From an uncultured Acidobacteriota bacterium (GTDB taxonomy: Bacteria; Acidobacteriota; Thermoanaerobaculia; UBA5066; Gp7-AA6), in the NCBI GenBank assembly GCA_963829925.1, contig CAWHKQ010000011.1:3337-67336 (forward strand): a DNA stretch of 64,000 bases, written 5' to 3'. The position numbers were made by a program, and so were the translations under genes. Under the pieces are notes generated by a model that did no database searches, was not told the DNA's origin, and was given only the letters and a program-made list of their open reading frames with translations. This document shows positions 35,120 through 43,479 of this stretch, piece by piece. The stretch's first letter is position 1; each line of letters begins with the position of its first letter.

Positions 35120-36319
35120 ATGACGAAACAACCTCGCTCGCGCATTCTCCTGCTCCTCGCGGCCGGCCTCTTTCTCTCGGCGCTCCCGGCCCGCGCCCAG
35201 TTTCCCTGGGCCGGAGCCCGCTCCGTCGGCATGGGCGGGGCTCAGGTGGCGGCCGTCGACGACGGCACGGCGGCATGGGCCAACCCCGCCGCTCTGGGAC
35301 GGCTCGAGGGTTGGGGCATTCAGGTCTTCGGCAGCGGCCTGGCGGAGAACCGAAACAACCTGGTCGGGACGCTGGACAACCTGTCGAACCTTCCGTTCGA
35401 AGACATCGCCAGCGGCGAGCGGCTCGATCTGCTGCCCGAGCTCATCGCGGACCTGGACAATCTCGTGCAGCCCGACACCGCGGTCGTCTTCTCGGGCGTG
35501 GGGGCCATCGCCGCTCACTACAAAGGGTTCTCCCTTTCCGTCGGCACGGTCCCCTACGCCGGCATCTATCCGGTGATCGACCTGACACACATCATTCCGG
35601 GTGGCGGACCGTCCAACGGCCTCGAGTTCAACGAGTCCGGCCTCAACCTCGTCGGGCTCAACGCGCGGGAGGTCCGTCTGGCCTACGGCCACGGGTTCCT
35701 CGACAGCACCGTTCTCGTCGGAGGCGCGGCGCGAGTGGTTTTCGCGCGCACGTATTTCGCCCACTGCGGCGTTTTCGATTGCGAGAACAAGGATGTGGGC
35801 GATCTCATCAACGAGGCGTTCGACCAGAATGCCCTGAGCTCGACCAAGTTCGCGTTCGACCTGGGCGGCGAGGTCAACCTCGGGATCTTCCGATTTGGCG
35901 TCGTGGGAACCTCGCTCAACGAGCCCAGCTTCGACGTCGCTGTCGTGCCGGGCGCGCCGGCCTCGGTCCCGCTTCCGCGGCAGGTTCGGGGCGGAGTCGC
36001 CGTCACCCCCCTGCCGTTCATGACGCTCGCGGCCGACGGCGACTTCCTGAAGAGCGACACGCTCGCGCCGGGGACCCAGAGTCAGCAGCTCTCGATCGGC
36101 GCCGAGTTTCGCATTCCGCTCTTCGCCTTCCGGGCCGGCGGCTTTCACGACTTCGCCGCCATGGACGCCCCGTGGGGCTACTCTTTCGGCGTCGGCCTTC
36201 ACCTTCCGGCCGTGGCCATCGATGCCTCGGTCCTCCTGTCGCCCCAGGGAGGCGCAGACCCCACGGACGTCGACCGGGAGGTTCTGGGAGCCGGCGCCAG
36301 CGTCCGCGTTCACTTCTAG
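35120..36319 (+). CDS. Outer-membrane beta-barrel protein (TraF_2/FadL-like clan)
   Basis: Signal peptide, GARSVGMGGA..A..D..AAWANPAALG N-terminal motif, alternating strands and a C-terminal Phe. Confidence 0.7.
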   Translation: MTKQPRSRILLLLAAGLFLSALPARAQFPWAGARSVGMGGAQVAAVDDGTAAWANPAALGRLEGWGIQVFGSGLAENRNNLVGTLDNLSNLPFEDIASGERLDLLPELIADLDNLVQPDTAVVFSGVGAIAAHYKGFSLSVGTVPYAGIYPVIDLTHIIPGGGPSNGLEFNESGLNLVGLNAREVRLAYGHGFLDSTVLVGGAARVVFARTYFAHCGVFDCENKDVGDLINEAFDQNALSSTKFAFDLGGEVNLGIFRFGVVGTSLNEPSFDVAVVPGAPASVPLPRQVRGGVAVTPLPFMTLAADGDFLKSDTLAPGTQSQQLSIGAEFRIPLFAFRAGGFHDFAAMDAPWGYSFGVGLHLPAVAIDASVLLSPQGGADPTDVDREVLGAGASVRVHF

Positions 36320-37424
36320 TTGTTCGAGATCGACGCCCGCGATCCGGAGTCTTCCGGCCGACGGGGGCGGCTGCGGACCGGGCACGCCGGGATCGAAACC
36401 CCCTGCTTCATGCCCGTGGGGACCCGCGGCGCGGTCAAGGGAGTCGCGTTCGACTGGCTGGAGACCTGGGATTGCCGCGCCGTGCTCGCGAACACTTATC
36501 ACCTCATGGCGCGGCCGGGTCCCGAGACGATCTCCCGGGCCGGAGGTCTCCACGCCTTCATGGGATGGCCGCGCGCGATCCTGACCGACTCGGGAGGCTT
36601 CCAGGTGATGAGCCTGTCGGCGCATCGGAGGATCACCGAGGAAGGCGTCGAGTTCCGCACGCCCGAGGACGGCACGAAGCACTTCCTGACCCCCGAGCGG
36701 GCGATGGAGCTGCAGAGCGGATTCGGCGTCGACATCGCGATGATGCTGGACGTCTGTCCGCCGTTTCCGGCCGAGCGAGCCGAGATCGAGGAAGCCTGCC
36801 GGCTGACGCTCGCCTGGGCGGAGCGCTGCCGCCGGGCCTACGCCGGCCCGGGCCTGCTGTTCGGCATCCTGCAGGGCGGCACGCACGAGGACCTGCGCCG
36901 CGCCAGCGCCGGGCCTGCTGATCGCGCTGGACCTGCCGGGCTATGCGATCGGCGGCGTCGCCGTCGGAGAATCCAAGGACGCCGTCCGCTCGATGACCGC
37001 GCTCTCCGCGGCGCTTCTGCCCGATGAGAAGCCGCGGTATCTGATGGGCGTCGGCACGCCGGCCGATCTTCTCGCTTCCGTCCGCGCGGGCGTGGATCTC
37101 TTCGACTGCGTCCTGCCCACGCGCAACGGCCGCATGGGCCACGCCTACACGCGGCGCGGGGAGATCGCGATCAAGCACGAACGGTTCAAGGAGGACCTGG
37201 CCCCTCTCGATCCGGCGTGCGGATGCCCGGTGTGCCGCCGGCACAGCCGCGCGTATCTCAGGAATCTCTTCGTGCTCAAAGACTTCTCGGCGCCGATGCT
37301 GCTCTCGATGCACAACGTCTTCTTCTATCTGGCCTTCATGCGCGAGATCCGCGAGGCGATCTCGGAGGGCCGCCTGGCGGCCGTCGCGGCGCCCCCCGAG
37401 CAGAAGATTGCGGACGGGGCCTGA
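36320..37424 (+). CDS. tgt: Queuine tRNA-ribosyltransferase; one frameshift near 36912
   Basis: [51 protein letters not shown] and the CGCPVC..H zinc site. Confidence 0.95.
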
Positions 37425-37482
37425 ACCTTGCGGGGATTCCGCCGGCAGATGGCTGGTACTAGTATGGGAAAAGGGGACTGAC

Positions 37483-37950
37483 GTGAAGCTGAACGTCAAC
37501 GGAAAGGTCCGCGAGGTCTCGGCGCCTCCCGACATGCCGCTCCTCTGGGTCCTGCGGGACCTGCTCGGCCTGACCGGGACCAAGTACGGCTGCGGGATGG
37601 CGCAGTGCGGCGCGTGCACGGTCCACCTCAACGGCGCGGCGCACCGCTCGTGCGTTCTGCCGGTCTCGGAGGTCGAGGGCCGTGCCGTCACCACGATCGA
37701 AGGCCTCGGCGCGTCGGAGCTGCATCCCGTGCAGCGCGCCTGGATCCAGGCCGACGTCGTGCAGTGCGGTTACTGCCAGCCGGGACAGATCATGGCGGCG
37801 GCGGCGCTCCTGAGGATCGTGCCGAAGCCGACCGACGGCGACATCGACGCTGCTCTCTCGGCCAACCTGTGCCGCTGCGGCACGTACCAGCGCATCCGCG
37901 AGGCCGTTCACCTGGCCGCCGATCTTTCGGCGAAGAGAAGCAGGTCTTGA
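37483..37950 (+). CDS. (2Fe-2S)-binding small subunit of the xanthine/isoquinoline oxidoreductase family (IorA/CoxS-like)
   Basis: [24 protein letters not shown] and NLCRCGTY. Confidence 0.92.
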   Translation: MKLNVNGKVREVSAPPDMPLLWVLRDLLGLTGTKYGCGMAQCGACTVHLNGAAHRSCVLPVSEVEGRAVTTIEGLGASELHPVQRAWIQADVVQCGYCQPGQIMAAAALLRIVPKPTDGDIDAALSANLCRCGTYQRIREAVHLAADLSAKRSRS

Positions 37951-38587
37951 GCGCGCTCGAAGGCGTCTCCCGCCGCCTGCGCCGGCTTCCCCTGAGGCTC
38001 GCCTGAGGCGCGCGGCGGTTCTTCTGGCGGCGTCCGGGATCGGGGTGGCGGCCGCTCTGAGGTCCGCGCCGCCCGCCCGCTCCGTTTCGGACCAGGACGG
38101 CATCGCCGCCTTCGAGACCGTGCGCGCCGTGCTCCAGCACCCGCGCTGCCAGAACTGCCACATCCCCGGCGACGCGCCGCTGCAGTTCGACGCGGGGCTG
38201 CCCCACCTGCAGGACGTGATGCGCGGGCCCGAAGGAAAGGGCGCGCCCGGCCTCGCTTGCGCGACCTGCCACGCGACCGTCAATCCGCCGGCCAGCTACG
38301 GCGCGAGCATGCCGCCCGGCGCTCCCAACTGGCACCTGCCCCCGCCGGAGCAGAAGATGGTTTTCATCAACCTGACGTCGGGCGAGCTCTGCCGCGTGGT
38401 CCGGGATCCGAAGAAGAACGGCGGAAAGGATTTCGCCGCGCTCGTCGAGCACGTCGCGCACGACAAGCTCGTGCTCTGGGGCTGGGAGCCCGGCGTCGGC
38501 CGCGCGCCGGTCCCGGTGCCCCACGCCGAATTCGTCGCCAGGTTCAAGACGTGGATCGACGCCGGCGCTCCCTGCCCGACGCCCTGA
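37947..38587 (+). CDS. Periplasmic di-heme cytochrome c (type annotated as isoquinoline 1-oxidoreductase subunit); frameshift near the 5' end
   Basis: CQNCH and CATCH heme motifs, [18 protein letters not shown] and HDKLVLWGW; TTGA overlap with iorA. Confidence 0.75.
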
Positions 38588-38615
38588 GGCCTCCGACCCG
38601 CTCACTGGAGGAACG

Positions 38616-40187
38616 CTGGAAACGCCGCTGACGCCTCTCGAGTTCGCCCGGCGAACGCGCCGGCTGTACGGGGATCGCGAGGCGGTCGTCGACGGCCCCC
38701 GGCGGTTCACCTACTCCGAGTTCTTCGAGCGGTGCGACCGCGCTTCGGCGGCATTTCAGCGGATGGGCGTCCGGCCCGGCGATCGCGTCGCCACCATCGC
38801 GCCCAACACCGCCGCGCATCTGGAGTGCTTCTACTCGGTTCCCCAGATCGGGGCCGTGCTCGTCCCGATCAACTTCCGGCTGACGCCGGAGGAGTTCGCC
38901 TACATCCTCGAGCACAGCGGCGCGCGCGTCCTCTGCGCGCATGCCGACTATCTCGAGTCGGTGGACGCCGTCCGCGCGCGGATCCCGGGGCTCGAGCACT
39001 GCGTGGCCCTGGAGGGCGCGCGGCCCGGATGGCGCGACTACGAGGACGAGCTCGCCGCGTCGGGACCCGATTTCGAGAAGCCGCCGATCGGCGAGCGCGA
39101 TCTTCTGACCCTCAACTACACCAGCGGGACCACGGCCCGGCCCAAGGGCGTGATGATCACCCACAGAAACGCCTACACGAACGTGGTGGGCACGCTCCTG
39201 CACCATCCGATGGGCGTCCGGGACCGATATCTCTGGACGCTGCCGATGTTCCATGCCAACGGCTGGACGTTCGTGTGGACGGTGACGGCGGCCGGAGCCA
39301 CGCACGTGTGCCTGCGCAAGGTCGAGGCGGGCGCCGTGTTCGATGCCGTCGTCCGCGAGTCCGTGACGATGCTGTGCGCGGCGCCGACCGTGCTGATCTC
39401 CATCGCGAACGCGCCGGAGAGTGTCCGGCGCGGAGCGCCCCGGGGTCTGAGAGTCCTGACCGCCGGGGCGCCGCCCGCGGCCGCCACGATCGAGCGCGTC
39501 GAGGACGAGCTCGGTTGGACGATCACGCAGGTCTACGGGCTGACCGAGACCTCACCGTTCATCACCGTCTGCGAGCCGCGCCCCGAGCACGACGGCCTGA
39601 CGGCGGCGGAGCGCGCGGCCATGAAGGCGCGGCAGGGCGTCGAGCTGCTCACGTCGGGGGAGCTTCGAGTGGTCGACGCGGACGGGATCGAAGTGCCGCA
39701 CGACGGCCAGACCCTGGGGGAGATCGTCGTGCGAGGAAACGCCGTGATGGAAGGTTACTACCGCGATCCCGAGGGCACCGCGGAGGCGATGCGGGGCGGC
39801 TGGTTCCACAGCGGCGACGCGGCCGTCGTTCACCCCGATGGTTATGCCGAGATCCGCGACCGCTTCAAGGACGTCATCATCAGCGGCGGGGAGAACGTGT
39901 CGTCGATCGAGGTGGAGGGCGTCCTTCTGCGGCATCCCGCCGTGCTCGAGGCGGCCGTGGTCGGGCTTCCGCACGAGAAGTGGGGCGAAGCGCCCTACGC
40001 CTTCGTCGTCCTGCGCGGCGGCGCCGCGGCCACGGAGGAAGAGCTCACGCGGTTCGTCCGCGGCCACCTGGCCGGGTTCAAGACGCCGAAGGGAGTGACC
40101 TTCGTGGACGAGCTGCCGAAAACGGCGACGGGCAAGGTTCGCAAGTACGTCCTGCGCAAGGGCCGGGCCGCGATCTCGCGGCAATGA
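38616..40187 (+). CDS. Long-chain acyl-CoA synthetase (AMP-binding)
   Basis: ETPLTPLEFARR N-terminus, YTSGTTARPKG, YGLTE, GWFHSGD, RFKDVIISGGEN and PKTATGK. Start placed at CTG after a GGAGGA RBS. Confidence 0.92.
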   Translation: METPLTPLEFARRTRRLYGDREAVVDGPRRFTYSEFFERCDRASAAFQRMGVRPGDRVATIAPNTAAHLECFYSVPQIGAVLVPINFRLTPEEFAYILEHSGARVLCAHADYLESVDAVRARIPGLEHCVALEGARPGWRDYEDELAASGPDFEKPPIGERDLLTLNYTSGTTARPKGVMITHRNAYTNVVGTLLHHPMGVRDRYLWTLPMFHANGWTFVWTVTAAGATHVCLRKVEAGAVFDAVVRESVTMLCAAPTVLISIANAPESVRRGAPRGLRVLTAGAPPAAATIERVEDELGWTITQVYGLTETSPFITVCEPRPEHDGLTAAERAAMKARQGVELLTSGELRVVDADGIEVPHDGQTLGEIVVRGNAVMEGYYRDPEGTAEAMRGGWFHSGDAAVVHPDGYAEIRDRFKDVIISGGENVSSIEVEGVLLRHPAVLEAAVVGLPHEKWGEAPYAFVVLRGGAAATEEELTRFVRGHLAGFKTPKGVTFVDELPKTATGKVRKYVLRKGRAAISRQ

Positions 40188-40216
40188 CACGTTCGGCCCC
40201 GTGAGCCGCCGGCCGA

Positions 40217-40909
40217 TCACCCGATGATCAGGACCTCCGCGAGCGGTTTTTTCTGGATGACCGGGACCCGCGCGCCCTCGGCGGGGTAGCCCACGGGGAT
40301 CAGGAGATACGGCTTCTCGTGCGCGGGGCGGCCGAGGATCCCGTTGAGAAAGCCCATCGGCGAGGGGGTGTGCGTCAGGGTCGCGAGGCCGGAGAGGTGG
40401 AGCGCCGCGAGGAGGAAGCCGCAGGCGATCCCGACGGACTCGGCGGCGTAGTAGTTCTTCCGCTTGACGGCCGTCCCGTCGTCGACGCCGCCGGGCGGCG
40501 CCTCCGGCTCCCAGTCCATGCGGAAGACGGCGATCAGGTACGGCGCGATCTCGAGGAAAGGCTTGTGCCAGTCGGTGCCGAGCGGGGCGAGGGCTTCGAG
40601 CCATTCGCCGGGCATCCGACGCTCGTAGCTGTCCTTCTCCTCGGCTTCCGCCGCGACGCGGATCCGGCGCTTGACCGCCGGGTCGGAGACGACGACGAAC
40701 TTCCAGGGCTGCCGGTTGGCGCCCGAAGGCGCCAGGGCCGCGGCCCGCACGGCGCTTCGGACGAGCTCGAAGGGGACGGGCTCCGGCGAGAAGTCGCGCA
40801 CCGTGCGCCGCGCCGCGATCCGCGACAGAAACTCGGCCGAGCGGCGGCGCTGCTCCTCGGGCGCGAGGCGCTCGAAAGCGAGCGGCTCGAAGCGGGCTTT
40901 CGTTGTCAT
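40217..40909 (-). CDS. Nitroreductase superfamily protein, iodotyrosine deiodinase (IYD)-like
   Basis: RRTVRDFS, APSGANRQPW, EEKDSY, DWHKPFL, ESVGIACG and LTHTPSPM. Confidence 0.85.
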   Translation of the reverse strand: MTTKARFEPLAFERLAPEEQRRRSAEFLSRIAARRTVRDFSPEPVPFELVRSAVRAAALAPSGANRQPWKFVVVSDPAVKRRIRVAAEAEEKDSYERRMPGEWLEALAPLGTDWHKPFLEIAPYLIAVFRMDWEPEAPPGGVDDGTAVKRKNYYAAESVGIACGFLLAALHLSGLATLTHTPSPMGFLNGILGRPAHEKPYLLIPVGYPAEGARVPVIQKKPLAEVLIIG

Positions 40910-40932
40910 GGCCGTGTTATAGCCTCTCGCGA

Positions 40933-42189
40933 ATGAAAAAACTCGCCTGGGCTCTCGCGCTGTGCGCCGTCGCCGGCCTCGTCGCGGCGGACGACCTGAA
41001 AGAGCGCGCGCTCCGGCTGCACAGGAGCGCGATCGTCGTCGACACCCACGAGGACGTGCCGGAGTCCCTCGAGAGCAAGTGGAGAAACCTGGCGGTTCGA
41101 AACACCGTCGGCCACACCGACATCCCGCGCTGGAGGGAAGGGGGCGTGACCGCGCCGTTCGTCGTGGCCTACGTCAGCAGCGGGTACGCGAAGTCCGGCG
41201 GCGCCGCGAAGAAGGCCCTCGAGTTCATCGACCTGATCCACGGAATCGTCGGCGCGCATCCGAAGGACCTGGTCTTCGCGGACTCGGTGGCGGGGATCCG
41301 CCGGGCCAAGAGGGACGGGAAGATCGCGATCCTGATCGGCATCGAGGGAGGCCACGCGATCGAGGACTCGCTCGGCGCGTTGTCGGCTTTCCACCGTCTC
41401 GGCGTGCGCTACATGACGCTGACCCACACGAACACGAACAACTGGGCGGATTCCTCCGGGAACTTTTTCAGCACCGACTTCGATCCGAAGACCTACGCGG
41501 TGCACGGCGGCCTGACCGATTTCGGGCGCCAGGTCGTTCTGGAGATGAACCGGCTGGGCATACTGGTCGATGTCTCCCACGTCTCGGAGAAGACGATGTC
41601 CGACGTTCTGGCAGTCTCCAGGGCCCCGGTCTTCGCGTCTCACTCGTCGTGCCGCGCGCTGGCGAACATCCCGCGCAACATGACCGACGATCAGATCAAG
41701 GCCGTGGCTGCCGGAGGCGGCGTCGTCATGGTCAACGTCAGCACCCTCTTCCTGGATCAGAAGTCGGTGGACGCGTACCTGGCGGCCCGGACGGCCCTGC
41801 TGCCGCAGATCGCCGAGATCCGCCAGCGCCTCGAGGCCGATCCGAAAAAGAGGGACGAGGAAGAGCGCAAGCTGCGCCAGACGATCAAGTACCCGGACGC
41901 CGACTGGACCACGGCCGTCGACCATATCGAACGGGTCATGAAGCTCGGCGGGCCACAGGCGGTCGGCCTCGGCACCGACTACGACGGCATCGACGATCCG
42001 CCCGCCGGCCTGGAAGACGTCTCGAAGCTTCCGAAGCTGACCGAAGAGCTCCTCCGGCGCGGCCACTCCGAGGAGGTCGTGCGGGGAGTGCTCGGCGAAA
42101 ACTTCCTGCGCTTCTGGGAGAAGGCCGAGGCCGCGAAGAGGGCCATGCCGGCGAGGACCGAGCCGCTGCCATTTTCGAAGCCGAATTAG
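40933..42189 (+). CDS. Secreted membrane dipeptidase (peptidase M19)
   Basis: Signal peptide; VDTHED, GIEGGH, YMTLTH, VDVSHV, ASHSS and GTDYDG. Confidence 0.92.
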   Translation: MKKLAWALALCAVAGLVAADDLKERALRLHRSAIVVDTHEDVPESLESKWRNLAVRNTVGHTDIPRWREGGVTAPFVVAYVSSGYAKSGGAAKKALEFIDLIHGIVGAHPKDLVFADSVAGIRRAKRDGKIAILIGIEGGHAIEDSLGALSAFHRLGVRYMTLTHTNTNNWADSSGNFFSTDFDPKTYAVHGGLTDFGRQVVLEMNRLGILVDVSHVSEKTMSDVLAVSRAPVFASHSSCRALANIPRNMTDDQIKAVAAGGGVVMVNVSTLFLDQKSVDAYLAARTALLPQIAEIRQRLEADPKKRDEEERKLRQTIKYPDADWTTAVDHIERVMKLGGPQAVGLGTDYDGIDDPPAGLEDVSKLPKLTEELLRRGHSEEVVRGVLGENFLRFWEKAEAAKRAMPARTEPLPFSKPN

Positions 42190-42219
42190 ACTGGCGGGCA
42201 AAGTCGGGGAGAGGACGTC

Positions 42220-42981
42220 ATGGAGACTTCGCAGGGAAACGGGCGGCTCCCGGGCGCCCTCGTCGTGGGCGGGTCGATCCTGGTCGGGCTGGCGATCGGC
42301 GGCTTCTTCGTCGGCAGGGGAACGGAGCGCTTCCGCGCCGGCATCCGGACGGTGACGGTCAAGGGTCTCGTCGAGAAGGAGGTCAAGGCCGACCAGGCCA
42401 TCTGGACGCTCCAACTGAGGCGCGCGAGCAGCGACCTCGGGGACGCCCAGGCCAGGATCGGCGCCGACCGCCAGGCCGCGCTCGCCTTCCTCATCAAGCA
42501 GGGCTTCGGGGAAGCGGAGATCGAACGTTCCCCGATCCGCACGATCGACAAGCTCGCCCGCGAGTACGGGCAGCCGCAGGGCCATGACCCGCTGCGTTAC
42601 ATCCTGACGACCTCACTGGTCGTGACGACGCCGAAGGTCGATCTCGTGCGGACGGCGCTCGGCTCGACCGACGAGCTGCTGAAAGCGGGCATCGTGCTCG
42701 ACGGAGGGGAAGGCGGGGCCGCGAACCCCCGCTTCGTCGTGTCGACGTTCAACGACCTGCGGCCGCAGCTGCTGGCCGACGCCACGAAGAACGCCCGCGC
42801 GATGGCGCAGCAATTCGCCGCCGACTCCGGAGCCCGCGTCGGCAGCATCCGCTCGGCCAATCAGGGGATGATCCAGATCTTCGGAGTCGACGGAAACGAC
42901 GAATCGGCGCCGTTTTCCCCGACCAGCACGGTCATGAAGCGAATCCGGGTCGTGAGCACGTTCGAGTTCGCGCTCGAGTGA
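42220..42981 (+). CDS. SIMPL domain protein
   Basis: N-terminal TM segment; RTVTVKGLVEKEV.AD, DATKNARAMAQQFA.DSG..VG.IRSANQG and KRIRVVST. Confidence 0.88.
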   Translation: METSQGNGRLPGALVVGGSILVGLAIGGFFVGRGTERFRAGIRTVTVKGLVEKEVKADQAIWTLQLRRASSDLGDAQARIGADRQAALAFLIKQGFGEAEIERSPIRTIDKLAREYGQPQGHDPLRYILTTSLVVTTPKVDLVRTALGSTDELLKAGIVLDGGEGGAANPRFVVSTFNDLRPQLLADATKNARAMAQQFAADSGARVGSIRSANQGMIQIFGVDGNDESAPFSPTSTVMKRIRVVSTFEFALE

Positions 42982-43009
42982 GGACCGCCCGCTGTATGAT
43001 GCCGCCGCT

Positions 43010-43351
43010 ATGCTAACCCAGCTGCTTCAGACCGCGCCGGCGCCCGGCGGCGCCGCGGGAGGGCTCATCCAGTTCCTCCCGATGATCTTCATCTTCGTCA
43101 TCTTCTATTTCCTCCTGATCGCTCCCATGCGCAAGAAACAGAAGAAGACGCAGGAGATGCTCTCGAAGCTCAAGAAAGGCGACGAGGTCATCACGGGCGG
43201 CGGCATCTTCGGGCGCATCTCGGCGATCGACGAGGAGCGCGGGTTCGTCATCCTGCAGATCTCGGACAACACCAAGATCAAGGTGCTGCGCAGCGGGATC
43301 GTCGGCCTGGCCGGGGAACCCGAGGCAACTCCCGCCACGACAGCGACTTAA
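43010..43351 (+). CDS. yajC: Preprotein translocase subunit YajC
   Basis: FYFLLIAPMRKKQK and LKKGDEVIT.GGI.G; directly upstream of secD. Confidence 0.95.
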   Translation: MLTQLLQTAPAPGGAAGGLIQFLPMIFIFVIFYFLLIAPMRKKQKKTQEMLSKLKKGDEVITGGGIFGRISAIDEERGFVILQISDNTKIKVLRSGIVGLAGEPEATPATTAT

Positions 43352-43352
43352 A

Positions 43353-43439
43353 CGGTTTTGCGGTTCGCGGTCTGGAGTCGACGGCTGCGCGGCACGGTGC
43401 GCGCCCGGACCGCAGACAACGAGCTAGAAACCACAAACT
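43353..43439. repeat. Inverted pair of degenerate 7-bp-period arrays between yajC and secD
   Basis: Left gcggttc-gcggtct-ggagtcg-acggctg; right ccggacc-gcagaca-acgagct-agaaacc-acaaact. Confidence 0.5.
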
Positions 43440-43479
43440 CATTCCGGTAGACTCCGGCGTTCTTTTCTTTGGAGGGCAC

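Noticed and set aside
35120-36319. Conjugative element implied by TraF-like similarity
   Set aside because: No relaxase, T4SS, coupling protein or integrase in the window; flanked by housekeeping genes.
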